From Dehalococcoidia bacterium (GTDB lineage: Bacteria > Chloroflexota > Dehalococcoidia > Dehalococcoidales > W498): a stretch of DNA of 64,000 nt. This document shows positions 28,178-38,032 of this stretch, piece after piece. The stretch spans positions 2,660 to 66,659 of the forward strand of contig DUFC01000029.1 of the NCBI GenBank assembly GCA_011191875.1. The letters are read 5' to 3'. The translations under genes and the position numbers were made by a program. Position 1 is the stretch's first letter; each line of letters starts with the position of its first letter. A model generated the notes under the pieces. The model was not told where the DNA came from and ran no database searches. It was given only the letters and a program-made list of their open reading frames with translations.

Positions 28178-28987
28178 GTGCCGTATGTCTTTGAGCATCT
28201 AAATTTAATTGAAGAAGTCATCAGGCGGTCTCCCTTTGGGCTTATTACTGATGTTGATGGCACTATAAGTCAAATTGCACCTACTCCACAGCAAGCCAGT
28301 GTTTCCCCATTATGTCATCACTATCTTTCCATCCTCTGTAAGCATTTAGCTCTGGTAGCGGCTATCTCAGGCAGACCGGCAGCTGAAGTTAAAGATATGA
28401 TAAGAATTGATGGGATGGTCTATATCGGCAACCATGGACTAGAGCGATGGGCTGAGGGTCATTCTGAATTCCCTAAAAATATCCAGGATTACTTAAAAGT
28501 AGTAAAAGATACCATCAAGGAACTAACCCCGTTACTTACCATAAAAGGCGTTACTATAGAGGATAAGGGAATAACAGCTACCATTCACTATCGTCTTTGT
28601 CCTGAACCTCAATCGGTTGAGAAAGATATCCTAGCTGCGATAGAGGATTCACCCCCAGCCAGAAGTTTGCGAATTATACAGGAGAGGATGGCAATTGACC
28701 TTCTACCACCGGTAGATGTAGACAAAGGCATGGCTATACTGGACTTAATACGAGGATATAATTTGCAGGGCTGTATCTATTTAGGTAATGATACCACGGA
28801 TATTGATGCCTTTAGAGCAATACACACCGCTTCCCGTGATTTAAATTTTCAGGGTTTTGCCATCGGCATCATTACTCAGGAAACACCGGAAAAGCTGATA
28901 ACAGAAGCAGATTTTACCTTAAATGGGGTAAATGATGTGGAACGTTTTCTCAAGTGGATGTTACAGACCGTTCTTCAACCAAATTAA
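28178..28987 (+). CDS. otsB: trehalose-6-phosphate phosphatase
   Basis: HAD motifs ..LITDVDGTIS.., ..ISGR.., ..KG.A...L.., ..YLGNDTTDIDAF. Adjacent to otsA. GTG start. Confidence 0.8.
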   Translation: MPYVFEHLNLIEEVIRRSPFGLITDVDGTISQIAPTPQQASVSPLCHHYLSILCKHLALVAAISGRPAAEVKDMIRIDGMVYIGNHGLERWAEGHSEFPKNIQDYLKVVKDTIKELTPLLTIKGVTIEDKGITATIHYRLCPEPQSVEKDILAAIEDSPPARSLRIIQERMAIDLLPPVDVDKGMAILDLIRGYNLQGCIYLGNDTTDIDAFRAIHTASRDLNFQGFAIGIITQETPEKLITEADFTLNGVNDVERFLKWMLQTVLQPN

Positions 28988-30488
28988 CCGCATCCTCCAG
29001 TAAACACGAAATCCAGTCAGTTACATCCTTTTCCTCGATTGATTTCTTGAGTTCAGTGGCACGCTTTTTCCTCTCGTCGGCTGGCATCGTCAATGCTGTA
29101 TACAGGGCTTGAGTTGTTCCTTCCAGGTCAGCCGGCGCCACAGTTAGAGCATTTTGCCCTAATTGCTCACAGGCACCAACAGTCTCCGAGAGTACCAGCA
29201 CCCCATCCCGATTATTAACCGTGGGGCCCTCCTTCGCCACCAAGTTCATCCCATCAATAATGGCGTTTACCAGCAGGACATCATAGAGACACATGCCAGC
29301 TATAGCTTGTATGTAGTTGTTCTCATAAAAGAAATCGATAGGATGCCATTCCTCAGTCCCATATTTATTATTTATAGCTTCTATAATCTCAGTGACCTCC
29401 TGCGTATACCTCTGGTATGGCTTCAGATGAGTTCTGGTAGGGACTAGAAAGGCTATGAATTTGACCTTTCCCTGAAACTGGGGATAACGTTCCAGCAGCA
29501 TATCAAAGGCTCTAAATCCACGAATGATATTTTTACTAGGCTCAAGTCTATCTACACGGACTATGGTTTGCTCTGCGCAAAGCTGACGTAACCTTTCTTC
29601 ATCTTCCTTTAGTCTAGCTGAAGAAACGAGCTTCTTAAGACCGACGACATCAACCGATACCGGGTAGGCTTTAACCTGAACAATGTGATCCTTTATCCTA
29701 ACCCTCCGTTGCTCATAATATATCTCAGCTTCGTCAATGAATGATTCACAGCAGTGGAGGAAATTACTCACGTCTCGCATTGCTTGCAAGCCCACGATAT
29801 CAGTAGCACATAAACTCCTGAGGATTGCCTGCCGCATAGAACTTGGCAATAGTTGCCAGTAGCACGGTGATGGCCAGGGAATATGAATAAAGTGCTGAAT
29901 TACCAGATTTGGCATCTGTTCCCGAATATAACTACTGGCTAAATAAAGGTGATAGTCATTTAGTATTACTATTGGTTGCAATCCATTTATTGCTGCCTCA
30001 GCAACAACTGCTTGAGCAAAAGCTTGATTTACGGAAACATAGCCATTTTCCCAAGCATCGTAAACGACCTGATTTATATTGGGTGTGCGGGGAGAATTCC
30101 ACATGTAGTGTTGCAGAAACCAAAGAAGGGGATTGCAAATGACGCTATAATATTTATGATAAGTATCTCTAGGACTAACTACAAAATTGAGATATAGGTT
30201 ATCACTAACTGAGGGTACTTTAAATCGCTTTCCGTGAGCTCTCCGTGCTACCTCTCTATCTCCTTCCCCCATAGCACTCGCAATCCAACTAAGCTCTACA
30301 TAATTACTGAGACTACCAAGGGCGGTAACAATACCACCACTACCACGCCCTAAGCGAAGTTGCTTATCCTCTGTAAAATAATATTCAATAGGTCCCCGGT
30401 TGCTGGCAAGAATTAGCCGCCTCGATGATAATCTCTGGCTGCATAATTCTTTCAGCCGTGCATTACTATTCTCCGGGCTTGCTGACAT
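28950..30488 (-). CDS. otsA: alpha,alpha-trehalose-phosphate synthase (GT20)
   Basis: ..LILASNRGP.., ..NP.LWF..H.., ..I.LNDYHL.L....R.., ..R.DR.EPSKNI..GF.AF.., ..DGMNLVAKE. Confidence 0.85.
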   Translation of the reverse strand: MSASPENSNARLKELCSQRLSSRRLILASNRGPIEYYFTEDKQLRLGRGSGGIVTALGSLSNYVELSWIASAMGEGDREVARRAHGKRFKVPSVSDNLYLNFVVSPRDTYHKYYSVICNPLLWFLQHYMWNSPRTPNINQVVYDAWENGYVSVNQAFAQAVVAEAAINGLQPIVILNDYHLYLASSYIREQMPNLVIQHFIHIPWPSPCYWQLLPSSMRQAILRSLCATDIVGLQAMRDVSNFLHCCESFIDEAEIYYEQRRVRIKDHIVQVKAYPVSVDVVGLKKLVSSARLKEDEERLRQLCAEQTIVRVDRLEPSKNIIRGFRAFDMLLERYPQFQGKVKFIAFLVPTRTHLKPYQRYTQEVTEIIEAINNKYGTEEWHPIDFFYENNYIQAIAGMCLYDVLLVNAIIDGMNLVAKEGPTVNNRDGVLVLSETVGACEQLGQNALTVAPADLEGTTQALYTALTMPADERKKRATELKKSIEEKDVTDWISCLLEDAVNLVEERSVTST

Positions 30489-30699
30489 TTTGCTTCTCTG
30501 TCACTCCGACTCTAAAGAGGGTAATTTAGTAGTAAGCAAGCTTATTTCTTGATTAGTATTACAATATAAAGGATAGAGGCTAACAAAAAGTCTAACATTA
30601 TGCAATAAGCCTGTCAAGCACATGTTCTCGTTTTGTTAATGTTCTCGTTCACATGATTAGTGATATCTCTGGAAAACTAACTATGTCAAGTTTCTTGAA

Positions 30700-30960
30700 C
30701 GGGTGGTTTCCTTGCCTTGTCATTGTGAGGAACCCACCATCCCGTCATTGTGAGGAACCCACCATCCCGTCATTGAGAGGCACCCGCCCTCCCATCATTA
30801 CGAGGGGCAGAGCCCCGAAGCAATCTTGGAGATATGTTCCACCTTGTCATTGCGAGGGGCAGAGCCCCGAAGCAATCTTAGAGGAGGGGGATATGCGTTG
30901 GATTACCACGCCCTTTATCCTTCATCCTTCACTTTTGAAGGATGAAGAACTCGCCGTGAT
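30700..30960. repeat. array of GTCATTG(T/C)GAGG-family repeats plus a terminal hairpin
   Basis: Two exact 25-bp tandem units, GTCATTGTGAGGAACCCACCATCCC, at 30719-30743 and 30744-30768, plus a degenerate third unit. Two copies of (G)TCATT(A/G)CGAGGGGCAGAGCCCCGAAGCAATCTT(G/A)GAG. Hairpin ATCCTTCATCCTTCACTTTTGAAGGATGAAG. Confidence 0.8.
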
Positions 30961-31172
30961 ATAAAAGAATTGTCAGGACATGACTAAAACTTCAACCCGA
31001 ACATACACCACACTTAAAATGCCACCTATCTATTTAAACCAGCTCAGTTTGTGTACTCGTCAGACGCCTAGAAATGCATTGCTCCCTCCCCTTTGTGGTC
31101 TTTTAGGATTTACAAAGCGATAGCTAAAAGCTACAATATCAATTAAGCTCCGCAATATGTAGAGATTATGTA

Positions 31173-31538
31173 ATGCAATATATTGGTATAGATATAATAG
31201 AAATAGCTCGCATCGAAAGGGCTATAGTCCGCTGGGGAGAGCAGTTCCTCCAGCGAGTGTTTACCGACTCAGAGCTCAGGTTAAGCCGTAAAAAGCCTTC
31301 ATCACTAGCTGCTCGTTTTGCCGGCAAGGAAGCAGTAATAAAAACATTTGGGACACAGAACAAAGGCATCAGCTGGAGAGAGATTGAGATATTGTCTGAC
31401 CCTAGTGGCAAGCCCTTAGTTTATCTTCATGGCAAGGCGCAAAATCAAGCTAATAGCTTGGGATTAGCCAGTCTTGCTATCAGCCTCTCCCACTCAAGGG
31501 AATATGCTATCGCCTTCGTAGCCGGTGAGACCAAATAA
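31173..31538 (+). CDS. acpS: holo-[acyl-carrier-protein] synthase
   Basis: MQYIGIDIIEI.RI.., ..AARFA.KEA..K.., ..ISLSHS.EYA.A. Confidence 0.9.
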   Translation: MQYIGIDIIEIARIERAIVRWGEQFLQRVFTDSELRLSRKKPSSLAARFAGKEAVIKTFGTQNKGISWREIEILSDPSGKPLVYLHGKAQNQANSLGLASLAISLSHSREYAIAFVAGETK

Positions 31539-31598
31539 AGCATAAGCCCTTTGACCATATGCAAGTGAGGTGCTACAATTTAAGAAGGAGAGCTAAAG

Positions 31599-32363
31599 AT
31601 GTCAGGGCATTCTAAGTGGTCTTCGATTAAACATCAGAAGGGAGTGACTGATGCCAGGCGAGGTCAGCTTTTCACCAAACTGACCCGAGAGATTATCATT
31701 GCCGTGCGGGAGGGTGGCAGTAACCCTGAGGTAAACTTCCGGCTGCGGTTAGCAATACAGAAAGCCCGTGACAATAATATGCCACTGGACAATATAGAAA
31801 GAGCGATTAAGCGGGGTAGCGGTCAGACAGAGGGAGCCAACCTGGTAGAGATGGTTCTAGAGGGCTACGGAGCCAGTGGCACAGCTATTCTAGTGCGAGC
31901 CCTAAGTGATAATCGCAATCGAACCCTGCAAGATGTAAGGAATATATTTACCCGCCTCGGTGGCAGTCTGGGAGAGAGCGGTTGTGTCGCCTGGCTTTTT
32001 GACTCTCGAGGATTGATTACGATGGAGACCAAAGAACTGGATGCCGAGGAATTAGCCCTACAGGCCATTGATTCCGGTGCCGAGGATGTTAAGGTAGAAA
32101 ATAAATATATAGAAATTTATACCAAGCCTGAGGAGCTTGAGATGGTCAGGACAGCACTAGAGCAAAGAAATCTCTCTATAGCCTCGGCTGAACTATCTAT
32201 GGTGCCCAAGACAACGATTGAGCTTGAGGAAAAGGCAGCGCTACAAGCTCTGAAGCTGCTGGATAAATTAGAGGAGCTGGATGAGGTACAGCATGTGTCC
32301 AGTAATGCTGACTTTCCTAACTCTATTCTGGAGAAGTATCACGCGAATTTGGTAGGGCAATGA
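31599..32363 (+). CDS. YebC/PmpR-family DNA-binding transcriptional regulator
   Basis: MSGHSKWSSIKH.KG..DA.RG.LFTKL.REI..A...GG.NPE.N.RLR.AI.KA. Confidence 0.9.
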   Translation: MSGHSKWSSIKHQKGVTDARRGQLFTKLTREIIIAVREGGSNPEVNFRLRLAIQKARDNNMPLDNIERAIKRGSGQTEGANLVEMVLEGYGASGTAILVRALSDNRNRTLQDVRNIFTRLGGSLGESGCVAWLFDSRGLITMETKELDAEELALQAIDSGAEDVKVENKYIEIYTKPEELEMVRTALEQRNLSIASAELSMVPKTTIELEEKAALQALKLLDKLEELDEVQHVSSNADFPNSILEKYHANLVGQ

Positions 32364-32857
32364 AGATTCTAGGCATTGACCCGGGCACAGTAACTATGGG
32401 TTACGGAGTGATAGAGAGCAGTGAGGATAAAATAGCTCTGGTTGATTATGGAGACCTGAACTGCCCGGCAAGCTCCCCGATTGGGGAGCGTTTGAGCTAT
32501 CTGTATAGCGAACTTTCGGAAATTATATCACGCCATCAGCCCGATGTCGTGGCTATCGAGCAACCTTTTGTGGCTAAGAATGTGAAGTCGGCGCTAGCAG
32601 TAGGTAAGGCTCAGGCAGTGGCTATTCTGGCAGCAGCCAATAAGGGAATCCCAACCTTTGAATATACCCCAGCCCAGATAAAGCAGCGGGTTACTGATTA
32701 CGGGGCTAGCACCAAGGAGCAGATTCAGGAAATGGTCAGGCTTCAGCTTGGGTTATGTCAAGTTCCCCAGCCAAACGATGCTGCTGATGCCCTAGCCGTA
32801 GCTATTTGTCACCAGCGTGAGACACACCTGGATAGCTTGCTGGCTAAGCAGGAGTAA
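32360..32857 (+). CDS. ruvC: crossover junction endodeoxyribonuclease RuvC
   Basis: MKILGIDPG....GYGVIE.., ..V.IE..F...N..SAL..G.A.., ..P.DAADALA.AICH. Confidence 0.95.
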   Translation: MKILGIDPGTVTMGYGVIESSEDKIALVDYGDLNCPASSPIGERLSYLYSELSEIISRHQPDVVAIEQPFVAKNVKSALAVGKAQAVAILAAANKGIPTFEYTPAQIKQRVTDYGASTKEQIQEMVRLQLGLCQVPQPNDAADALAVAICHQRETHLDSLLAKQE

Positions 32858-32866
32858 CGAGAATAA

Positions 32867-33451
32867 ATGATAGCTGGTCTTCATGGGAAAGTTGAGTCGG
32901 TGGGTAGTGATTGGGCAATTATTGATGTTGGTGGCATAGGCTTTCAGGTATATATGCCTACCTCTACGTTAAGCACACTAGGCGCTATTGGCGAGGAGGT
33001 TAAGCTATACACTCACCTTCATCTCAGAGAGGATAATGCCACCCTTTATGGCTTCGCCTTAACTGATGAGCTGGGACTGTTTCAAAACCTGATTAACGTA
33101 TCGGGATTAGGTCCCAAACTGGCTCTAGCCATGCTTTCAGCTATGAATGTGGAGAGACTTACTATGGCGATTGCCACCGGCAGCACCGACCTGCTGACGG
33201 TGATTCCAGGGATAGGTAAAAAAATGGCTGAACGCCTTGTCCTGGAGCTTAAAGAGAAAATAGGTGCCGGCTGGATAACAACCCCGGCGGCTCAATTAGC
33301 TCAGGAAAACACTGATGTATTAGCCGCCCTAACCTCCCTCGGCTACTCTGTTGCCGAAGCCAACCGAGCCGTAGCCACCCTCCCCCCATCCTCCGACCTG
33401 AGCCTGGAGGAAAGAGTTAAGCAAGCACTACAGTATTTCACCACCAAATAA
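32867..33451 (+). CDS. ruvA: Holliday junction DNA helicase subunit RuvA
   Basis: MIAGL.GKV.......A.IDVGG.G..V.., HhH motifs ..V.G.GPK.ALA.LS.. and ..IPGIGKK.AERL..ELK. No ruvB follows. Confidence 0.95.
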   Translation: MIAGLHGKVESVGSDWAIIDVGGIGFQVYMPTSTLSTLGAIGEEVKLYTHLHLREDNATLYGFALTDELGLFQNLINVSGLGPKLALAMLSAMNVERLTMAIATGSTDLLTVIPGIGKKMAERLVLELKEKIGAGWITTPAAQLAQENTDVLAALTSLGYSVAEANRAVATLPPSSDLSLEERVKQALQYFTTK

Positions 33452-33580
33452 ATAGCCCTAGCTTCTGAGGCTATTCACATGGTGACCAGCTAGTAACCCC
33501 GTTCAAATACACGATTGGAATCCACCCCTCCCACCCAAGCATATTGAGCATAAAGCCTTGCTACATTAAATTGAGAAAGT

Positions 33581-33609
33581 TTGACGCCTGTAGCCTGACT
33601 CTTTATACT
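33581..33609 (+). promoter_or_regulatory. candidate promoter of tRNA-Ser(TGA)
   Basis: TTGACG (33581-33586), 17-nt spacer, TATACT (33604-33609). The mature tRNA 5' end is 11 nt downstream. Confidence 0.45.
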
Positions 33610-33619
33610 AAATTAGCTT

Positions 33620-33709
33620 GGAGGGGTGTCCGAGCGGTTTAAGGAGACGGTCTTGAAAACCGTTGTTCTCTTTTGGGGACCGTGGGTTCGAATCCCACCC
33701 CCTCCGCCA
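33620..33709 (+). tRNA. tRNA-Ser (anticodon TGA), long variable arm, CCA encoded
   Basis: Hand fold: acceptor GGAGGGG/CCCCTCC; anticodon stem ACGGT/ACCGT with loop CTTGAAA; extra arm; T-arm GTGGGTTCGAATCCCAC. Confidence 0.9.
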
Positions 33710-33804
33710 CTTATTATTAGGTGACCCTATCCCCCTGTCTAGGTAAGAGGGAGCTAACGCGGGATACTCCCAAAAACTTAGTTTTTACGGGGTAAACAAG
33801 TACC

Positions 33805-33915
33805 AAGCACTAATGACCAAAATCTAAAGAACCAAGACGCTTTTGAGTTTTGAACTTTGAATTTGTTTAGATTTTAGGATTTAGTATTTTCTCCGAAGGA
33901 GATTCAGGATTTTTT
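33805..33915. repeat. second copy of the AT-rich palindromic element family
   Basis: TAATGACCAAAATCTAAAGAACCAAGACGCTTTTGAGTTTTGAACTTTGAATTTGTTTAGATTTTAGGATTTAG aligns with 6020-6105. Confidence 0.55.
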
Positions 33916-33949
33916 CAGTCAGGGGGTTTAGGTCAATAAACAATCTCTG

Positions 33950-35554
33950 TTAATGAGGTTCAACCGAGACACTATTTAACATAGCCAAACCCAGAGGGTT
34001 TAGATTATACCCCTTGATATGCGGCTTAATAAGAATATAGTTTTCCCCAAACCATAAAGGTAGACAGGCAGCATCGTTAACAAGCCTCTGCTCAGCCTGT
34101 TGATATAGTGCCAGACTCAGGTTGCTATCCGGCTCCATGCCCGCCATCTCCAATAGGGCATCCATCTCAGGATCGCTATAGTCGCCATAGTTGTTATCGG
34201 CATCACTATGAAACAAAACTTCTAGGAAGTCCTGCGGGTGTGGGTAGTCAGCAATCCAGCCTATAGAGAACATCTCATCCTTCTCCTGTTTAAGGTGATA
34301 AAGGAACCGCTGGGGTTCTAGCTGCCTTACCGTAACCTCCACCCCGAGGTTCTGTCGCCACTGGTGAATAATAGCTTCTAGTTCCGATGAAATCAGTCCT
34401 CCCCAACCGACGGTGGTAATAGTGATAGGTGGTAACTCAGATACATCACCATACTTAGAGGCACTAATTAACTCCTTAGCCTCATTTATGTCATAATCCA
34501 GCCCTGATAAATCTTCGTTAAAACCGGGCATACCTGGTGGTAGGATGCCATCCGCCTGCTGCACCATACCTCTAAATACCAAAGAAGCTAGTTTATCCTT
34601 ATCAATAGCCTGGGAGAAGGCACGGCGAATATTAACATCATCAAAAGGTGGTTTACTACAGTTAAAGCCGATATAGAAGAAGCTCAGCTCAGGGACTATC
34701 ACCAGCTCCTTGTAAAAGGGACCTGACTCATCGATAACCTTATCAATATAATGAAGAGAGACACCAGTAACATCTATTTTGCCAGTCTCATACATATTCA
34801 TCGGCACACCACCCCATAAATAAAAGACAATATTATTGACCTTAGCCAAGTCCCCGTAGTAAAGCTCATTCCTCTCTAAAACAAGCAAGCTATTTTCGTC
34901 CCACTGCTTAAGCTTGAATGGACCGGTGCCATTTGGTTCCTGCCACCACTCCCCTCCTGATTCCACGTTGGCTCTATCCACGACAAAGGTAGTGGGATAG
35001 GTTAGCTTGGATAAGAAATAAGACTTGGGAGCATCTATAGTTACCTGAAGGGTATAATCATCAATAACCTTGACACCGCTAATCTCCATAGTTACACCGG
35101 CTAATACTTCCTTCACCCCGACGATATCACCCAGGTAGGTGGCTGCCGTCAGCGACCCAGTACCGGGGTCACAGGCTCGCTGCCAGGAATACTCAAAATC
35201 CTCAGCTTTTACCACCTCGCCATTATGGAAGCTAACATCATCTCTTAGATAAAAGGTATAAGTTCTACCATCATCACTAACCCCCCATCTCTGGGCAATA
35301 TCAGACACCGGCTCCAGGTTATCATCAAGGCAAACCAATCCACTAAACAACTGCATTATATAGCTATGGGAGGTCGTTTCACCGGAAACTGCCGGGTCAA
35401 GCGTCCACGGGTCAACGCCATACAGATTAAGGACTTTTTCAGTGGGCGGTGCTCCGTCCTGCCCCGGCTGGCAACTAATACCCGGTAGGCAGAATACCAA
35501 GAGACTGCATAGCAATACTACCGAGAGAACTATATATAAGGTGCTTTTTATCAT
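33950..35554 (-). CDS. ABC transporter substrate-binding protein, family 5 (peptide/nickel type), orphan
   Basis: N-terminal signal sequence. SBP_bac_5-like length and motifs (..DP.......E.....QLF.GL.., ..FHNG..V.A.DF..S..R). No permease or ATPase genes adjacent. Confidence 0.8.
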   Translation of the reverse strand: MIKSTLYIVLSVVLLCSLLVFCLPGISCQPGQDGAPPTEKVLNLYGVDPWTLDPAVSGETTSHSYIMQLFSGLVCLDDNLEPVSDIAQRWGVSDDGRTYTFYLRDDVSFHNGEVVKAEDFEYSWQRACDPGTGSLTAATYLGDIVGVKEVLAGVTMEISGVKVIDDYTLQVTIDAPKSYFLSKLTYPTTFVVDRANVESGGEWWQEPNGTGPFKLKQWDENSLLVLERNELYYGDLAKVNNIVFYLWGGVPMNMYETGKIDVTGVSLHYIDKVIDESGPFYKELVIVPELSFFYIGFNCSKPPFDDVNIRRAFSQAIDKDKLASLVFRGMVQQADGILPPGMPGFNEDLSGLDYDINEAKELISASKYGDVSELPPITITTVGWGGLISSELEAIIHQWRQNLGVEVTVRQLEPQRFLYHLKQEKDEMFSIGWIADYPHPQDFLEVLFHSDADNNYGDYSDPEMDALLEMAGMEPDSNLSLALYQQAEQRLVNDAACLPLWFGENYILIKPHIKGYNLNPLGLAMLNSVSVEPH

Positions 35555-35588
35555 TTTGTTCTATAACTACCTTTATAGGGGAACAACC

Positions 35589-36293
35589 TTAGAATAAGCC
35601 CTCCCTCTTAAGGCTCAGGTAGTTTTTATCACACACAATGATGTGGTCCAGGACATCTATGCCCACAATCCCCCCCGCCTCGGCTAGCCTTTTAGTTAAC
35701 TTTATGTCATCTTCCGAAGCCTTAGGGTCACCCGAGGGGTGATTATGGACAAAGATAACTGAGGCAGCACTGGCTGATATTGCCTCCTTAAATACCTCCC
35801 TGGGGTGAACGATGCTGGTATCCAGGCTACCGACCGAAACTTCGGCCACTTTTATTAGCTGATTCCTGGTATCCAGCAAAAGTGTTAAAAAATGCTCCTT
35901 CTTTTTACCCCTCAGTCTACCCTTCACCAAGCTAGCAACATCGTCAGGAGTCTTAACTACTGGCTTCTCTCCAGCCTCTGAGTAACCCTCCAGCCGGTTA
36001 GCCAACTCACAAGCAGCCTTAATCTGAGATGCTTTAGCAACACCAACCCCCTTAATCCGAACTAGCTCCTCCACCGAGGCGCTGGCAATCCCTTTAAGAC
36101 TGCCAAACTGGCTGAGTAACCTTTGGGCAGTTACCATCACCGACTCGCCGGCAACACCACGACCCAGAATTAAAGCTAGAATCTCCTGCGCCGAAAGGAC
36201 GGCTACCCCTAATTTTTGCAGTCTCTCTCTAGGTCGCTCGGAATAAGGTAAATCATGAATAGTCATCGATACAACTCGATTTCGATAAGGCAT
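35589..36293 (-). CDS. radC: RadC-family (JAB/MPN domain, UPF0758) protein
   Basis: ..ERPRERL...G...LS..ELLA..LG.G.., HhH region, C-terminal ..HNHPSGDP..S..D...T..L. Confidence 0.85.
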   Translation of the reverse strand: MPYRNRVVSMTIHDLPYSERPRERLQKLGVAVLSAQEILALILGRGVAGESVMVTAQRLLSQFGSLKGIASASVEELVRIKGVGVAKASQIKAACELANRLEGYSEAGEKPVVKTPDDVASLVKGRLRGKKKEHFLTLLLDTRNQLIKVAEVSVGSLDTSIVHPREVFKEAISASAASVIFVHNHPSGDPKASEDDIKLTKRLAEAGGIVGIDVLDHIIVCDKNYLSLKREGLF

Positions 36294-36552
36294 CTCCGTA
36301 TCAGTTTAGCATAACCAGAGAAGGAAGAGTAGCAATACCCAGGGAAGAGTTGACAGGCCAATGACCGATACCCCACGAGTAAGGGAAAATACTGTTCTCA
36401 GCAATGTTACAAGGGGCATTAAGAGAAACAGGCTGAAAAAGTACGCCCGAGATTCCAAGCATGAGTTTCGAAGCTAGTAGCTGGGCGAAGTTTCTATAAA
36501 TCAGGGCTAGCGCTAGGTAACAGACCTGGCGAAAATCCAGTCTGCTGTATGT

Positions 36553-37086
36553 TTAGTAATTTTCCACCATAATTTCATAGTAGCTCTGGGGGAAACTACA
36601 GGCAGGACACTCCTCAGGTGCTTCAGTACCCTCATGGATATAACCACAGTTTCGGCACTTCCACCTAACTACCTTGTCCTTTTTAAAGACCTTTCCTTCC
36701 TCCAGATTCTGGAGCAAGGCGAGGTATCTCTTCTCGTGCTCTTCCTCAACTTCGGCCACTTCTTTGAAGAAATCGGCAATCTCTCTGAAGCCTTCGTCAC
36801 TGGCTACTTTCTCAAACTCAGGATACATCTGGGTCCATTCGTAGTACTCGCCTTCGGCGGCTGCCTTCAGATTCTCCTTAGTATCTCCGATTCCCTTAAG
36901 GAAATCGAACTCCCTTTTAGCGTGTTCTCTCTCGTTCTCGGCTGTCTCCAGGAATATCCCGGCAATCTGTTCGAAACCCTCATCCTTAGCTATTTTGGCA
37001 AAGTAGGTATACTTGTTGCGTGCCTGCGATTCGCCGACAAAGGCAGCAAGAAGATTATGTTCGGTTCTGCTTCCCTTAAGTTCCAT
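36553..37086 (-). CDS. rbr: rubrerythrin (diiron ferritin-like domain + C-terminal rubredoxin-like CxxC..CxxC)
   Basis: [27 protein letters not shown].., ..E..H.., C-terminus WKCRNCGY......APE.CPAC. Confidence 0.9.
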   Translation of the reverse strand: MELKGSRTEHNLLAAFVGESQARNKYTYFAKIAKDEGFEQIAGIFLETAENEREHAKREFDFLKGIGDTKENLKAAAEGEYYEWTQMYPEFEKVASDEGFREIADFFKEVAEVEEEHEKRYLALLQNLEEGKVFKKDKVVRWKCRNCGYIHEGTEAPEECPACSFPQSYYEIMVENY

Positions 37087-37097
37087 TCTCTCCTCCC

Positions 37098-37487
37098 TTA
37101 ATATTCTAGTAATCTTTTTTCTCCTTCAATTCTCTTTATTTCCGAGATATCCTGTGTGGCTTCCAATGTGCCTAGGTATTTACCGGCTTTGTCCCGCACC
37201 GCAAAATATCTAATATACACCTTCCTCTCCCCTAGATTTATCCAAAATTCGGCTGAATTTCTTTTACTGCTCTTAAAATCGGATAATATCTGGCTCACCT
37301 TATCCACACTGTGCTTCGGGTGGCAATTCTGAACTGCTTTTCCCAGTGCCGAATATGGTCGTTTGAAGGTTCTGGTTTCGTGCTTATTCCAGAATTTAAC
37401 CAAGTCATCTTCATCAACGAAGGAAATTTCAAAGGGTATTGCTTCGAATATCCCTTCTAACTGTTCTTTGTTTAAATTTTCTATCAT
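37098..37487 (-). CDS. stand-alone PAS-like domain protein (of the type found C-terminal to DUF438/hemerythrin proteins)
   Basis: ..[23 protein letters not shown].....F.R....LGK.VQNCHP..S.DKV..IL..F....... recalled from DUF438-associated PAS domains. Confidence 0.45.
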   Translation of the reverse strand: MIENLNKEQLEGIFEAIPFEISFVDEDDLVKFWNKHETRTFKRPYSALGKAVQNCHPKHSVDKVSQILSDFKSSKRNSAEFWINLGERKVYIRYFAVRDKAGKYLGTLEATQDISEIKRIEGEKRLLEY

Positions 37488-37489
37488 GA

Positions 37490-37999
37490 TTATACCTCTT
37501 CTATTCTATCGAATTCACGCTTGGCTGACCCACAGACAGGACATACCCAATCGTCTGGTATATCATCGAAAAGCGTCCCCGGTTTTATGCCGCTGTCGGG
37601 ATCTCCTAGATCCGGGTCATAGACATAGCCGCAAACGGCACATTTGTATTTTGACGCTCTGAGAGCTGCCAAAACCTGCTTCATTTCGTCCACTTGACCA
37701 CACATACCACTGGTACACCTGTTCGCTGGTGCTTTGTTAGTTTCTACCTTTATCTCCTCTTGTAGCAGGTTCAGTTTTTGCCTAAGCCGTTCCTCATCGA
37801 AGCCGACTAATATGTCACCATCGATATCAACCACCGGTACACTCAGTTGCTTTGAGCTACTTACCATCTCATCTCGAGCGGCTGAATCACTGGCAACATC
37901 AAATCCTTGATAGGGGATGTTATTTTCGTCCAAGAATTTCTTAGTTCTCTTGCACCATGGACAGTTAGGCGTAGAATAAACTTTAACCTGTTGTGCCAT
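37490..37999 (-). CDS. glutaredoxin-like / rubredoxin fusion protein
   Basis: N-terminus [25 protein letters not shown]...[14 protein letters not shown] (Grx/NrdH fold, CPWC). C-terminus [47 protein letters not shown] (canonical rubredoxin). AGGAGGTG lies 6 nt before ATG 37999. Confidence 0.8.
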   Translation of the reverse strand: MAQQVKVYSTPNCPWCKRTKKFLDENNIPYQGFDVASDSAARDEMVSSSKQLSVPVVDIDGDILVGFDEERLRQKLNLLQEEIKVETNKAPANRCTSGMCGQVDEMKQVLAALRASKYKCAVCGYVYDPDLGDPDSGIKPGTLFDDIPDDWVCPVCGSAKREFDRIEEV

Positions 38000-38032
38000 T
38001 TCGATCACCTCCTAATAGAGTCAATATCGACA

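Noticed and set aside
30622-30649. 11-bp direct repeat ATGTTCTCGTT x2 (17-nt period), 135-160 nt upstream of otsA, as a possible operator
   Set aside because: It is real in the sequence but short, with no palindromy and no nearby regulator gene. I cannot distinguish it from chance or from the edge of the adjacent repeat array.
30719-30794. Possible CRISPR array (regular 25-bp units)
   Set aside because: The units are directly abutting with no unique spacers, there are only 2-3 copies, and no cas genes or leader are present. It belongs to a dispersed REP-like family.
30653-30964. 103-aa ORF in the otsA-acpS spacer (…SRHCEEPTIPSLRG…HCEGQSPEAILEEG…)
   Set aside because: It is composed almost entirely of tandem and palindromic repeat units, has no SD, and its peptide repeats mirror the DNA repeats. 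This is a repeat-array artefact, not a gene.
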